Shown in pieces: positions 40,621-53,640 of a stretch of 64,000 nucleotides of DNA (its first letter is position 1; each line of letters begins with the position of its first letter). The stretch is from Eledone cirrhosa (lineage: Eukaryota): positions 51,336,001-51,400,000 of the forward strand of contig OZ024741.1 of the NCBI GenBank assembly GCA_964016885.1. Direction: 5' to 3'. Below the pieces are notes generated by a model that saw only the letters and a list, made by a program, of their open reading frames with translations, searched no databases and was not told where the DNA came from. The position numbers and the translations under genes were made by a program.

Positions 40621-41339
40621 GGCATTATCTTTGCACACATCTTCCACATGCCGAAATGTTCGGTGATAACAAACGCTGTTGTGGTTCATGACCAGCTCGA
40701 TCAATCGAACAGTCAGCTGTCTTTTTAAGTATATAGCTTGGATTACATTATTCATTCTCTTTAAGACAATAAAGTGTGATTTAGTTGTTATTTTTAACCG
40801 ATTTAGCGACCATGTAGAGTATACATTTTCGTATGTATGTGTGGTAGGAGTGGCTTTGATCAAAGTCATTCTAACCATGACCACCCTGTCGTTAGGAAGT
40901 GTACATCGAGGATTACATTATTCGGTGTCTCTTTAAGTCAGTGGTGTGATTTGGCTGCTATTTCTAACAGATTCAGCGAGCATAGAGGATGAGTAGATGT
41001 TTGTTTCTCTCCACATATAGAATAATTGTTTCTACTTTTGGCACAAGGCCAGCAATTATCTCAGTGCATTACTGGTACTTTATTTTATCGACCCTGTAAG
41101 GATGAAAGACAAAGTTAACCTCGGCAGGATTTGAAATCAGACCGCTAGGAGTCGTAACTCTATGCTGCAAAGTATAGCGTTCGACCCTCTATTGATACTG
41201 CCAATCCACATATAAAACAATAAGAGTAAGAATACATAAAAATAGATAGACACTTTTCCAAGTAAGCGACATTGTGTGGCGTGGATTTACGTCTGTGCAT
41301 AAGCTGTTGTTTAGACATGATCCCGGTTTCGTACATCAT

Positions 41340-42010
41340 TAAACATGATTTGAGGAAAGTCATGATGTCACCTCACACCCGTGAGCAGCTCTACTCCTTT
41401 CTCTCTTAACCTTGCTCCTTCTACCTAGCTTTCGACTTCACTTCCACTATCTCCACCACTTCCGCTCACCTCCAGACATCTTTGTCTCTATTGACCCCCT
41501 CCCATCGTTCCATCATCACCTTCGCCTTTTCAAACCAGCCGACTCCCACTCCTACCTCGACTTCACCTCCTTACACCCCACTAGTGCCAAACACTCCATG
41601 CCCTTCTCCCAATTCCTCCCCCTTCGCCACCTGCAGCTTCGCCATCAACACAAACATCCTCACTGATTCCAACGGCCAGTCTTTCCTAGTTAGGGACTCC
41701 TTCCGCTGCACCACTACCAGTCTTATCTACAGGCTCCGTTACACTCTATTGGGGCTGTCTATATTGGACAAACGGGTTGACGACTAGCGAACAGGTTCAC
41801 CGAGCATTTTCGAGACATCCAGCTCGGCAAGCAGTCTCCGGTTGTCCGACATTTCCGCTCCCTCGGACATTCCCTCACCACCTCACAGTTTTGGGTCTCG
41901 CTGCTTGCCACGGATTCAATCCTCAGAAGAGAACAGTACATCATATTTTCTCTTCGGACTTTTACTGGAAACGACCTAAACGCACCGCCTTTCTTCGTTA
42001 AGTCAGCTCT
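41340..42010 (+). mobile_element. Penelope remnant
   Basis: KPADSHSYLDFTSLHP..SMPFSQFL; FRCTTTSLIY; YIGQTG..NRFTEH. Confidence 0.72.
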
Positions 42011-43369
42011 TCCCAGCACCCACCACCCATCCACCAACACACATGCACTACCCCCAGCACTGGATGACTACTCACCACTCCCCATTCACACACTCACACA
42101 TAGACGCAAAGACACACACATCAACACAACAGATGAATTAGTGATGCCATAAACATGTTATACTAACACTACTAATTAACTAAACACCACTAAACAATAC
42201 TAACTCAACCGACTAATCAATGTGAGCTAATTTTACTAATTAAATAAACCACTAATTAAATAAACACAATTCATCAACTAAACTAACATGATCACACACA
42301 TACACATACCATCACACACACATACACATACTACCACCACCACTTACACAAGTCCCCACCACCACTGCCACACACACAAGCCACTCCCCATCATCACCAC
42401 CACACACACAAGTACCCCCACCACCACCACCACATATACACAAGTCCCCACTACCACTATCACCACACACACAAGCCCCCACCATATACACAAGTCCTTC
42501 CTGAACCACCACTACCACCACCATCACCACCACACACATATAATAGGGGTGTATATGAAAGCATATACGAATGTGTTTATATATATAATAATATTACAAG
42601 ACTCTCGCTATGAATATTTTAAACTGTGATCAAGTCACAGCTATCTCAGTACCCATTGAGGTTGTCAAACACACTTCTAGTTCCTTTTTATCCGTCATTG
42701 ATGACATTTACTCACTCGGAACCGAGACAAGACTAAACTAAAGCATTAATGCGTTTTTACGTATAAAACATCAGAGAACTTGACCAGCCATAATTAATTA
42801 ATAGTAGCACTAACATAGCATGGTACACTATATATATACATATATGTGTGTGCGTGTGCGTGTGCGTGTGTGTGTGAACATATATATTGTTTCAGGGGGT
42901 ACCAGAGGATAATTCCCCACCACACACACACTTTTTTCAAACGTCTATCTTTTATTTATTGTTTATTTGATATAATAAATTCTTTTTAAGCTTATTTTTT
43001 ATATCTGAACTTCATTTGAATACATAAAATTTAATTAGCATAACATTTCACTTATGTGGTAGGGTCCGGGAAAAGCACCATAACCAATACTAACATGCTC
43101 CTTCGTTAGAATATAAATATAAATCTAATTTCAAAACGAATAGACTGGAACGTTTTTTTCTCTGAGAGTTCCATATACTCTGACGAAGGGAATTTTGAGT
43201 CCCCAATATTAGGACGAAAGAAACAAAACAAAAAAAAACAAAGATTACCGGGTAACTAACTTTTTTCGTTGCATTCATCTTACCGTCCGTTTTGTATTGT
43301 TTAGCCTTCTTACATATATCACTTTCCATATTATATATCATATCTCAACTTGTTTCGTAAAGACCGCAT

Positions 43370-44625
43370 TAATCGTCGTGGTGGTGATGGTCTACGTTCG
43401 GTCAAATTTTTCGGCAATTCCTTGTTTTGATTTGAACCAATCGCAGCAGGAAGTATTTTTCTGCGATATACGTATGACTATGTCAACACTGCTACTTGGA
43501 GTCGTTTACCGTCCCCCAAATTACCATCAGGACACTCAACTTTGTGATATCCTCAGAGTTGCTGCCAGGAAAACAGCCACTTATGTTTTTATTGCAGGGG
43601 ACTTCAATCACCCTCAGATTGACTGGGAAACCTTTCGTTGGCCGCCAAGTGCAAATGACTTCCTTGAGCTAGTGCTGAACTCGAACTGGTCCCAAGTAGT
43701 CACCTCCCCAACAAGAGGTGACAACACTTTGGACCTACTCTTCACCACTACTCCTGAAACGGTCATTAGTGTTACTGCTGAGAAACCTTTAGGTGACTCT
43801 GATCATGCTATGATCATTGCCAATCTATCCCTCATGGGCAGTAACAAGAACCACAACCATCTCCAAACTGCTTACTTTGACTGGAATAAGGCAGACTGGA
43901 ACTGTTACTGCACCGAGTTGCAACGTCCAAACTGGCTTGAGTTCTACGACTCTGGATATGTCAACACTGTACTCCAGAACATCCTGAGCCCAATATGGAC
44001 AGCATGTGCAGAATCGGTGCCACGTAAGCAGAAAAAACATCCCAAAAGTGCAATTTGGGAGACTGCAGCAGTCCGTCTTGCTAGAAAAGAACGTCGTAAT
44101 GCTTAACGTGAGTACAAACTGCATAAATCAGATATCAATAGGAAGAAGCGAAATAAATCATCCAACCATCTCAAACAGGTGACAAAAAAGGCAATGCTTC
44201 AATTTGAGCAGCGCGTAGCAACCTGCCCTGACAGTAAGGTGTTCTGGAAGTATGTTCACTCAAAGCAGAGGCCTCACTCTCCAGTTGGTCCTCTTCGCAA
44301 TCCCCACACAAGCCAGGTTACTGACGACCCCAAGGAATGCGCAGAGCTCATTGCTGAATGCTACGCAGACATTTTCACTATTGAAGACCAGAGTGTACCG
44401 TCTCCACCACCTCTGACATCGGATTCTATTTCAACTATGGAATTTACACCTGCAATGCTGCGATATCACCTTAAAAATAAATGCAACCATGCCTCTCCTG
44501 GTCTTGATGGTGTTACGTATCTGCTTCTCAAACGTGGTGGGTACTTCCTTCTGCACCAGCTATCACACTTCTTCCAATTCTGTCTGAACAACAGTGCTAC
44601 TCCAGAACAGTGGGAAATTGCCAGT
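43370..44625 (+). mobile_element. CR1-clade LINE fragment (APE + RT start)
   Basis: GVVYRPP, GDFNHPQIDW, TRGDNTLDL, LGDSDH, FWKYV, SPGLDG. Confidence 0.88.
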
Positions 44626-44762
44626 GTACATGTATACATACTAGCCCCGTTAATCTCATATATATATATATATATATATAACAGAAAACCAACCAAACAG
44701 TGAGTGTGTTCTGTTATTATTTCTGGCTATATTATTGCAACAATATGACCCTCCCCAAGTAT

Positions 44763-44798
<36 letters not shown>

Positions 44799-45409
44799 TG
44801 TATACCGGCTATGTTCAAGTCCTGATCATATCAACTTTGCATTTCATCGTTTCGAGGTCGGTAATATAAAGAACCGATAAAAAATAGTGGATTGGATGAA
44901 CTGTTAAAGCGTCAGTTGAGATGCCTTGCGGTATTTATTTCAACTCTTTGCGTTCAATTCCTACTATGGTCTACTCACCACCATAGGCGCTGAGCTGGCC
45001 AGCCGCAGGTGTGAGCCCCGCAAGTTGGAGGCTTTTCCAGCGCGTCTCCCTTGCCATCCTCCGGAGAAACGCCTTCTCCATCCTGTCCGCCGGGGCTGTG
45101 TGTGGGGGGGGGGAGGGGGCATCGCGTATCATTCCATATTTAAGTATGGTCAATGAAGAATATGTGCCAATAGCCGGCTGTGGTTGGATTTCAGGTACTA
45201 TAGCAGTATATATATTGTAGTAGTTTTCCGTGAATAATTATAGCTGCATATTAACTCTTCCCCGTAGTCTATTTGGTTGGTAGATATAATCCATCCTGTG
45301 ATTTAACACCAACACCTGACGCTTGAATGCCTTTAGCAGAGCCCTCTTTGTTGCTAGCGTTCAAACCTTCTTTCTTCCCTCACAACAGTTGAAATAAATA
45401 TACAAGATA

Positions 45410-45880
45410 TTGACTTCCATACTCTGAACGCCTTGCTTCCCTGGGCATGGATTCATTGAAGCTCCGACGTCTGGCAATGGACTTGGTTTAATACCCACAA
45501 AGTTTTTAACCATCTCGCCAATTGCAACCCTGAGCGCCTCTTTGATCTCCATGTGTCTAACACACGTGGACATGCCTACAAGATCAGAAAACAGCACAGC
45601 TCCCATGACTTTCGTAGACATTTTTTCACGCTCAGAGTTGCTGAAGCATGGAACTGATCATTTTACTGATGTTTGTGCATTGCCCTATGTACTGTACATG
45701 CACTTTTTTGATGAGTTGTGGTGCACCTGGGCACTGTACACAATATTTCATTATTGTTATTATTATTATATCATGACTCGTACACTGTTCATTTTCCTGA
45801 CATTTGTACATTATTCTATGTACTATACATGCACCTGAGCACTGTACACAATAATTTCATTATTATTATTATATTATTAT
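45410..45880 (+). mobile_element. CR1-clade 3' end with (TAT)n tail
   Basis: LPYSERL..SLKLRRL..RGHAYKI..FFTLRVAEAWN. Confidence 0.75.
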
Positions 45881-47390
45881 ACCTCAACATCTGAGCGCCC
45901 GGTGTCGAGGTAGCTTTCGTATACAACGAAGCGAAAGGTAATGCTTATTATACCTAAGCATTGTATATGGGTTCATATACCCCGAAATCTGCTCAAATCT
46001 ACAAATAGCAACATCGCAAGAGGGGAGACAACTACATTCAATTAATAAACCAGATTCAACTTTAAGTTGTAAATAGTTTTACTATGTATTCTTGGGTCCC
46101 AAATAATAGAAGGGAGATAAGCGGAAGAGGGTTGGAAAATCGGTAATTTTTCTAGGTTGTCTCCGTTGATTAAAAAAAAAACAAAAAGAAAAACAGAATT
46201 AATCGTTTAGTTTACATATTGAGACCCTAACCCATATTTATTTTATAATATATGGGATTTTTTGTAATGTACTTTTTCATGTATAATTTTTTTTAATGTC
46301 AAAAGAAAAATTGTCGCAACAATGCTACCACTTAAAATAAAATTTCACCGGCGATAGATTAGCAGAATTTAATAAGTGTGTGGAAATGAATAGAATTTCT
46401 CCTGGTAGCCTTGATGTTCAACATTTTCTTTAAGAAGAAATGAACTTTGTGCAATGTTCTTGGTTATTGTTTAGCCCTAGGTGGACCCTGAGCAAAACTA
46501 TTATCTAAAAGAATGTCTGATATGACCATCACATCTAAGATTATCCACGTAAGACATATCTAGGGAATGGGGTATGATAGATTGTCAAGAAATCACGTGT
46601 GTTCCTAAGGAAATGTCGTAATAATTTACTATTTTAGGCACAAGGCCAGCAACTTGAAGGGGAGGGGAAAGTTGATCAAATGGTCCCCGATGCGTTACTA
46701 GTACTTTATTTTATCGAGTGGTGATATGACAATATCTACAACGAAACTACTTACACATCAGTGTGTACAGTATTAGTACTTATTTTACACACCTGCTCAA
46801 TAAATCAGTCTCTTTAAAGAGCTGCTAGAAATAGCAGTCAGATCTTCGTCAAACCTCATTACGTTTTAAATGAAGAATATAGTGGACAATGTAGTCCAAG
46901 ATACACAATAAGAGAGGATGTTAACATCTAGAACAGTCAGGAAAACTGTGGCCCGTTTGATTTTCTGAATGGCATGCATTATTTCAAAATTACCTTAAAT
47001 TTTTTAGTAGTGCTGCTTGGCTGATGAAGAGCCACATCCTATGTGGCTCACTGCTCGAAAAGGGTTGCCCAAGTCGGATCTAGAATGACTTTGATCAGAG
47101 GAATACTAGAGCTAAACAACATAGGTATACTGAATCAGGTGTGACCTGGTGACATGGTAAAATACACAAAGTAACTTCAGAATGAAGGCAGGGTAAGTAG
47201 AAATATAGTGACCTAACTTGAACCAGTTGCCTGGAGCAGGCTTTGAGTTTGGGTAGCTTTAGTCAAGTCTACTCTGCTGCAAGCATGAAGTCAGGTCTAC
47301 AATTTGAGGACACTTTCCTTCTTGTCCCACTAGTCTGAGGCCATGAAAAAGGGTAATAAGCATTGCTCTCCCCTCCTCAACTAAAAATGT

Positions 47391-47549
47391 TTAACCCTTT
47401 AGCATTTACATTACTCTAATATTCCCATGGTAAACATATTTGATATTATTTATTTTGAGAGCAATACATATCAGTATGAGTGGCCAGTTTGAACAGAAAG
47501 GTGACAGAATTCTGGCTGGATACAGCCAGTTTAAATGCTAAAGGGTTAA
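47391..47549. mobile_element. piggyBac-type MITE (second copy about 56986-57185)
   Basis: TTAA-CCCTTTAGCATTTA ... TAAATGCTAAAGGG-TTAA termini. Confidence 0.8.
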
Positions 47550-47599
47550 AAAAAATGTTAAAACCTGATGGCAAACTTTTTTTTAATAACTCACTTGTC

Positions 47600-48333
47600 T
47601 GACTACTCCTGTTTATATGTGCTCTATTGTTCATGTACACTAACATTAGATAACTAGCAAAGCAGAGTCACCTTGTTTCTTCCCAGCTTCCAAACTGGAA
47701 ATTGGCAGAAACTATCTGAAATGTTGCTGTTGTCTGATTCTTACAGCAGGGTCTTTCTCTCAGTTTATCTGTCTCTATTGATCATACACACTAACATTAC
47801 ATAACCAGCAAAACACGGCCATCATTTTTTCTCCAGTCTTATGGCAGAAACTAAATCTATTTCTCTAAAGTATTGTTGTCTGATTCTTCTTACAGTCGAA
47901 TCTTTCTGTGTTTATTTCTTCTCTATTGTTTATATACACTAACACTACATACACAGCAAAGCAGAGACACTTTGTTTCTTCCCAGCCTTCGAACAGACAG
48001 TTGGCAGAAACTATAAAGCTATTCTCTATCTAAAGTATTATTGTTATTTTGATACTTCTTATAGCCCGAGTCTTTTTCTCAATTTATGTACATACCCAGA
48101 AAAAGCAGTGTCACTTTGTTTCTTTCCAGCCTTCGAACAGGTTGGCAGAAATTACCATAAGTATTATTGTTTTCCAACACCAGTCTTTCTCAGTTTATTG
48201 CTGCTCTACATTTCATATACACTAACATTACATACCCAGCAAAACTGAGTTACTCAGTTTCTTTCCAGCCTTCAAACAAGGTTAATAGAAACTATATATT
48301 TCTCTATCTAAAGTGTTGTTATTGTTATTACAG
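47600..48333 (+). repeat. five degenerate 120-170-bp tandem units ending at the OAR exon acceptor
   Basis: cactaacatta..tttgtttcttcccag..ggcagaaacta..aagtattgttg..ttacag repeated. Confidence 0.85.
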
Positions 48334-48497
48334 GAAGATCAGTGTGTGACAGCAATGGACCAATCATGAACACTTCTTGCCTGCAGGCCGGTGGAGCAGA
48401 TTACAGGACATCAGATATGACCAGTGGTGCAGCTAGTTTGTCACAACTTCGTCTCAAAGCAAAAGAACACTCCCAGTTTTTGGTGCCGTCTCAATGA
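48334..48497 (+). CDS. terminal exon of a paired-class homeobox gene with OAR motif (..RSVCDSNGPIMNTSCLQAGGADYRTSDMTSGAASLSQLRLKAKEHSQFLVPSQ*)
   Basis: ttacag acceptor (phase 1); SLSQLRLKAKEHS matches OAR consensus S(I/L)xxLRLKAKEH; TGA stop; AATAAA at 48725-48730. Homeobox exons not found in the window, so orthology (Arx/Prrx/Pitx/Rx/Alx etc.) is unresolved. Confidence 0.8.
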
Positions 48498-51096
48498 GAT
48501 GTCCAGTGCCGCCGCTGCTAGCAGAGTCACCACCACCACCACCACCACCACCACCACCACCACCATGCTAGTTATACACACTATATACATATATATATAT
48601 AATATATATTGTACTACAGCCATTATTTTATATTTTATTTTCTGGTGTTTTTAACATTATATATTATGATTTTTACATTTTTTTTTTGCCATGTCATGTG
48701 TTCTTAGTTCAAGCACAGTTAATGAATAAAAATGATTGCTGTGGGAGAAAAAAAAAAAAATCAAATAAAAGAAATTTTAACTTTTGATTCCAATTTTTGG
48801 CTTATAGATATTTTGATCTTCTTCACCCACTTATTCCTGGAAGGGGTCGTGGAGGCAGAGTCCTCAAACACACCTTCCAGTAGATCTTGTCAGAAGCAAC
48901 TGTCTCCAATTGATACAGCAGACCAGCTGAGTTCATGGATGTTATCCATCTTGTTCAGGTCCAACCTCTAGGTCTCATGCCAGTTGGTTTTGCCCATAAA
49001 ATCTGTTTAACAATTCTTTCGTCAGACATTCTAAACATGCCTGTAATATCAGAGCTACAATTTCTCAATTCGGAGAAGTAGCAATTCTACCTGGAGCAAC
49101 TAATTTACAAGCTATGCACTCTCAAGTCATGTTACTCCATTTTAGCCACTTCTATGTACCGTTGGTGGAGTTCGACACCCACATGAAATGATTTTGACTA
49201 AGCACCATTTATCCAAACACAAATACCAGGGCATTAAAATAGAAACATTAGGACAACAAGCAGCTGCCCATTGATCCCCTACAGAACCTTTCACAAAAGG
49301 TATCGTGGCACGTAGTTGTTCGTATGCTTAAGAAATATAATAATTTTCAGTTTTACATTGGATAAACTTGTGTTGGAGTTCGACTAGCCACTCGCCGCTG
49401 TTAAAACTCCACATAAGGTGTGGTCATTTTCTGGAATCTCCAGGTTCCAATTTGGTCAACTAACAAAATTAATTCTTGCAATTTTTAGATTAGAATCTAC
49501 AAAGGCTATTGGAATACAATACTCTTCATGTCCTAAAGTCTACTATGGAAGCAAGTAGTCTAGTGGTTAGGCTGCTGGACTCATTATCACAAGGTTGTTG
49601 ATTTAATTCCTGAACTGGATGGTGAATCATATCCAGGAGAAAGATGCTTCTTTTTACATTGCTCCAATCCTCTCAGTTGAATAAAAAAAATTAATACCAA
49701 CAATATTGGAAGTTAACCCCTGCATCAGGTCAGAGAGGAGTCGTTTCATGAAAGGACTAGGATCCCTATCATAAAAGCTCTCAAGAAACCCGAAATGTAA
49801 CCCCATAGAAGGCAAGCTAAACATACGAGTTGTAACAAGAATATACATTGGAAAAGATGGAGGAGGGGTATCAAAGGCAGAGCAAAGAATGAAGAAAAAG
49901 AATATAAAGAGATAACTTCTAAAGAAGACATGTCTCCTCCTCCCCACTCAAATTGGTTGCTTGACTTGCTAGAAAGAACAGCAAATTAGCATATATGAAC
50001 AACAGTGAAGCTGAGCGTTTTTGGAGGTTGATGTAATACCTACTATGATGAAGGGGTAGTTCCCCACCCCACATTCAGAGAGCTAACAAAAACAGTAATG
50101 TGATGAAGTGGAAATATATATAAAGTTTTATACTATTCTTAGGTATACAAAATAGGTGAACGTGGATCACACAGTAGTTGTAGCTTATCCCAATATTCAT
50201 GGTAATGGAAGACACCAACTAGTTTCACAGAATATGTTTCTTCCCCACCAAACTGCAAAACTATTTGTGGGTTATTTATATCTATATAATCTGTGTGCGC
50301 ACGTGTGCATTTTTGCTTACAATGTACGATTAACTGGTTCTGTTTCGTCCCCAAACTGTCAACTATATATCATCACTGTTTAACATCCATTTCCCTGGGT
50401 TAGACAGGTTGTCCCGTTGCAAAACAAATTAGATCAGATGACTATCTTGCTCACACAGAACTGTTTCTGGCTTGGTTTCTACAGCTGGATGCCTTTCCTA
50501 ACACCAACCACATTTAGTGTAGACTGGATACCTTTTATTGTAACACACCTATACATACACACAAAAAATACATACATGACTGATTTATCATATATAGCAA
50601 AACCAATTAGTAAGTGCACTAACACCATCAGTAATATCAATAATAATATTATCAATTTAATAATGAAATAGTGGCTTCTAATATTGTATTACAACACCAG
50701 TGGTATTAATAATTAGTGGTTAGAATGAATATGGTGGTGGTAAGTGATAAAATGAAGAAAATATAGAAGAGTCTAGAAATGGCTTCTTCAGGAAAGCAGA
50801 CCGTCAATGTAATATGGTGGTATTTATACATTTTCTGGTGGTAGGGGAAGGTGGTGATTGGAATGGGTGGAAGTCATTGGCTGATGGATTTAAAGAAAAG
50901 GGGTTCTTTGAAAGAACTTAGAGGAAAATAGTGATACAGAATGATACAAATGCAGGCACTCCTAATATTCAAGGTTCATTTATTCTAAGCAAACAAAGGG
51001 TTTTCATTAAGTGGCTGTATTAACATGATCTGTTAAAGTCTGCAAAATGGTTAGGTATTTACAGTCACACACACACACACATTATAAATGTATATA

Positions 51097-51288
51097 GGTG
51101 GTGGATTGGCAGTATTGGTAGAGGGTCGGACGCCATGCTTTGACGCATAGAGTTACAGCCTTTGCCATTCTGAGTTCAAATCCCGCCGAGGTTAACTTTG
51201 CCATTCATCCTTACGGGGTCGATAAAATAAAGTACCAGTAATGCACTGGGTAATTGCTGGCCTTGTGCCAAACGTAGAAACAATTATA
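51097..51288 (+). mobile_element. tRNA-derived SINE family A (other copies about 11590-11803, 18380-18505, 24380-24570, 26265-26415, 30415-30580, 31475-31665, 39000-39220, 41020-41210, 54740-54900)
   Basis: A-box tggcagtattggtag, B-box gagttcaaatccc, shared core ggtcgataaaataaagtaccag. Confidence 0.8.
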
Positions 51289-51294
51289 AATATA

Positions 51295-51800
51295 TATTAA
51301 TCAAAATGGCAAGCTGTGTTGTTGCAATTAAGTATAATTAGAAATTAGAAGTTAGGATTATCCATCATCAGTTGTCTAGGCATTTCTTCGCGTTAAAGAC
51401 AATACCTCAGCCTAGGGAGAAACAATAACTAAAGTAAGTTATTGGGATAAAAAGAAGTGGGTGGAGAAAGAGAAGAACATGTAAAGACACGATGAGTGAG
51501 GCAACGTAAAGAGAGGAAAAAAGGAAAAAAATCAAGTCAATAATTCATTTCAAACATAAGAATGGACGAATTTTGACGAGGAGAAAAAGACGTCTTGACT
51601 GTGCGAGTGTGAGCGAGAAGACCGCGTACAGTGTTGGACGATGGAGGAAGTGAGAGAGAGAGAGAGTGAGTGAAGGAAAAGGCTAACCAAGGGAGGGTGA
51701 CTAGCAGAAGATAGCAGCAAGAGAAGAGAAAAAAAAGACAGGTCACAGCAGAGGGGGGAAGCATATATGAATCAAAATGGCGAGCTGTGTTGTTGCAAAT
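51295..51800 (-). mobile_element. diverged relative of the 1850-2885 element with short terminal direct repeat
   Basis: aatcaaaatggc(a/g)agctgtgttgttgcaa at about 51299 and 51770; shares the gaggtat..gtcttt..gcga.gaaat..actgatga.gga motif. Confidence 0.6.
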
Positions 51801-51966
51801 ATTGAAATATCTACACACATATATATATATATATACACACACATTCTTCTATAGAATCTGTATTTGGTATATATATACATATATGGCTCCTTTCCTCAAT
51901 GTAAACAAATGTATACATACATCTATACATATACAGAGAGAGAGAGAGAGAGAGAGAAGAGAGAGA

Positions 51967-52131
<165 letters not shown>

Positions 52132-52539
52132 CACATGGCTTAGTGGTTAGAGCATTGGCCTTACAATCGAAAGGTTGAGTTCAATTCTCGGACCGGGTGA
52201 TGTGTTGTTTCCTTGTGCAAGACACTTTATTTCACATTGCTCCAGTTTACTCAGCTGTAGAAATGAGATGATAGGGACTGGGGTCCCTATCATTCCAAAT
52301 GAAATGAATACATACATACACGCAAATGCATACATACTCACATACAAGTAGAAAAGGCAAGTAAAGAGAACTTACAAAACCTCAAAACCGTGAGGCAGAC
52401 AGAAACAGGGCGCAGGTTGAGGGTAGGGTGGGATGGAGAGGACGAGGGTATTTTGTCGGGTTAGGTCCTTTTTTAAACTATCGTTCTGGGGGCAGAACTG
52501 GTTTGTAGGATTTATATCTTGCATAGTTTTTGTGCATGC

Positions 52540-53640
52540 AGTTTGAGCAGTGTCAGGCAGAAAGTATGTTCAGTGTCGGGCCCTTGGCAAATAGTATTTC
52601 ATAGTTCTCCGAAATACGAAGGTCTCAACATTTGTGTCCTAAGTATGAGTGCGCTCTCTGGAGTAATTTCCATTTGAGCTTGAAAGGGGTGGAGTTCCTC
52701 TTGAGGTCCCAAGACATAGGCAGCAAGTGTTGTTTGGTTGGATTTGTCCAGTCTTCTGAAGATTGGGTATGGGCATACCTCCGGGGCTTAAATTTGATGG
52801 ATGTCATTCCAATATGTTTTTTTGTTGTCATCAATACCCAAGACAGCATCACATTTATATACGATGTCATTTATTTTTGAGGGGACATGCTTCCTTATCG
52901 TGGCAGTTGCACAAGGCTCCCATCCAGGGGTGGGTTTCGGAGGTAGTAGTATATTTAATGTAGCAGTGATGAGGTTGGTTATATTCCTAGATAAGTTAGG
53001 TGTAGTGGAGTAGGAGAGTCTTATCGCATTCTTATTAAAAATAGTGTAGTACCTATGTTGTGGTGGGAAGTGCTTATTCATCAATTTGAAGACAGTCCTA
53101 ACTATTGATGTAACCTCTCAGTTGAAGGAGAGGGGTGTATGAACTAATTTGCCTATGCCTATTTCTCCTAAGTGGTCTTGGGGTGATTTCTAGATAAGTA
53201 ATCTTTTCTTTAAAGCTACTGTGGGTGAGGGCTTCGTTGTAATAAGGGGAGAGGCACTAAAAAAGGTCTTCATTGGCTGAGAGACCGAAAATTCTAAGTG
53301 AGACACTTTTTATCAGTAATATTTTGGGGTGGTTCACTACTAACATCTATGTATCTAAGAGATTCATTAGATTTGTGGTGCAGGTAATACTGGGAAGTAC
53401 CTAAATATAAAGTGACATCGAAAAAGCTGGCGCTAGTCATATTTGATTCTATGGTTATTCTAAAACCTAGAGTACGAAAGAACGAGCTTCAGTTTTTCCA
53501 AAACCCATCAGTGGTTCTGGAGTTTACCTTGTGCAAAGCAAAAAGGCCATTGTTGCGTTATAATCCTCCAATCAGGCCTGTGAAAAGGTTCTTCAGGTGG
53601 TATAGGATATACAGACCAACCAGGTCGCTAACTTCTGCTG
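52540..53640 (-). mobile_element. Penelope-like element remnant (RT + GIY-YIG)
   Basis: KHFPPQHRYYTIFNKNAIRLSYS; frameshifted GIY-YIG-like segment. Confidence 0.8.
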
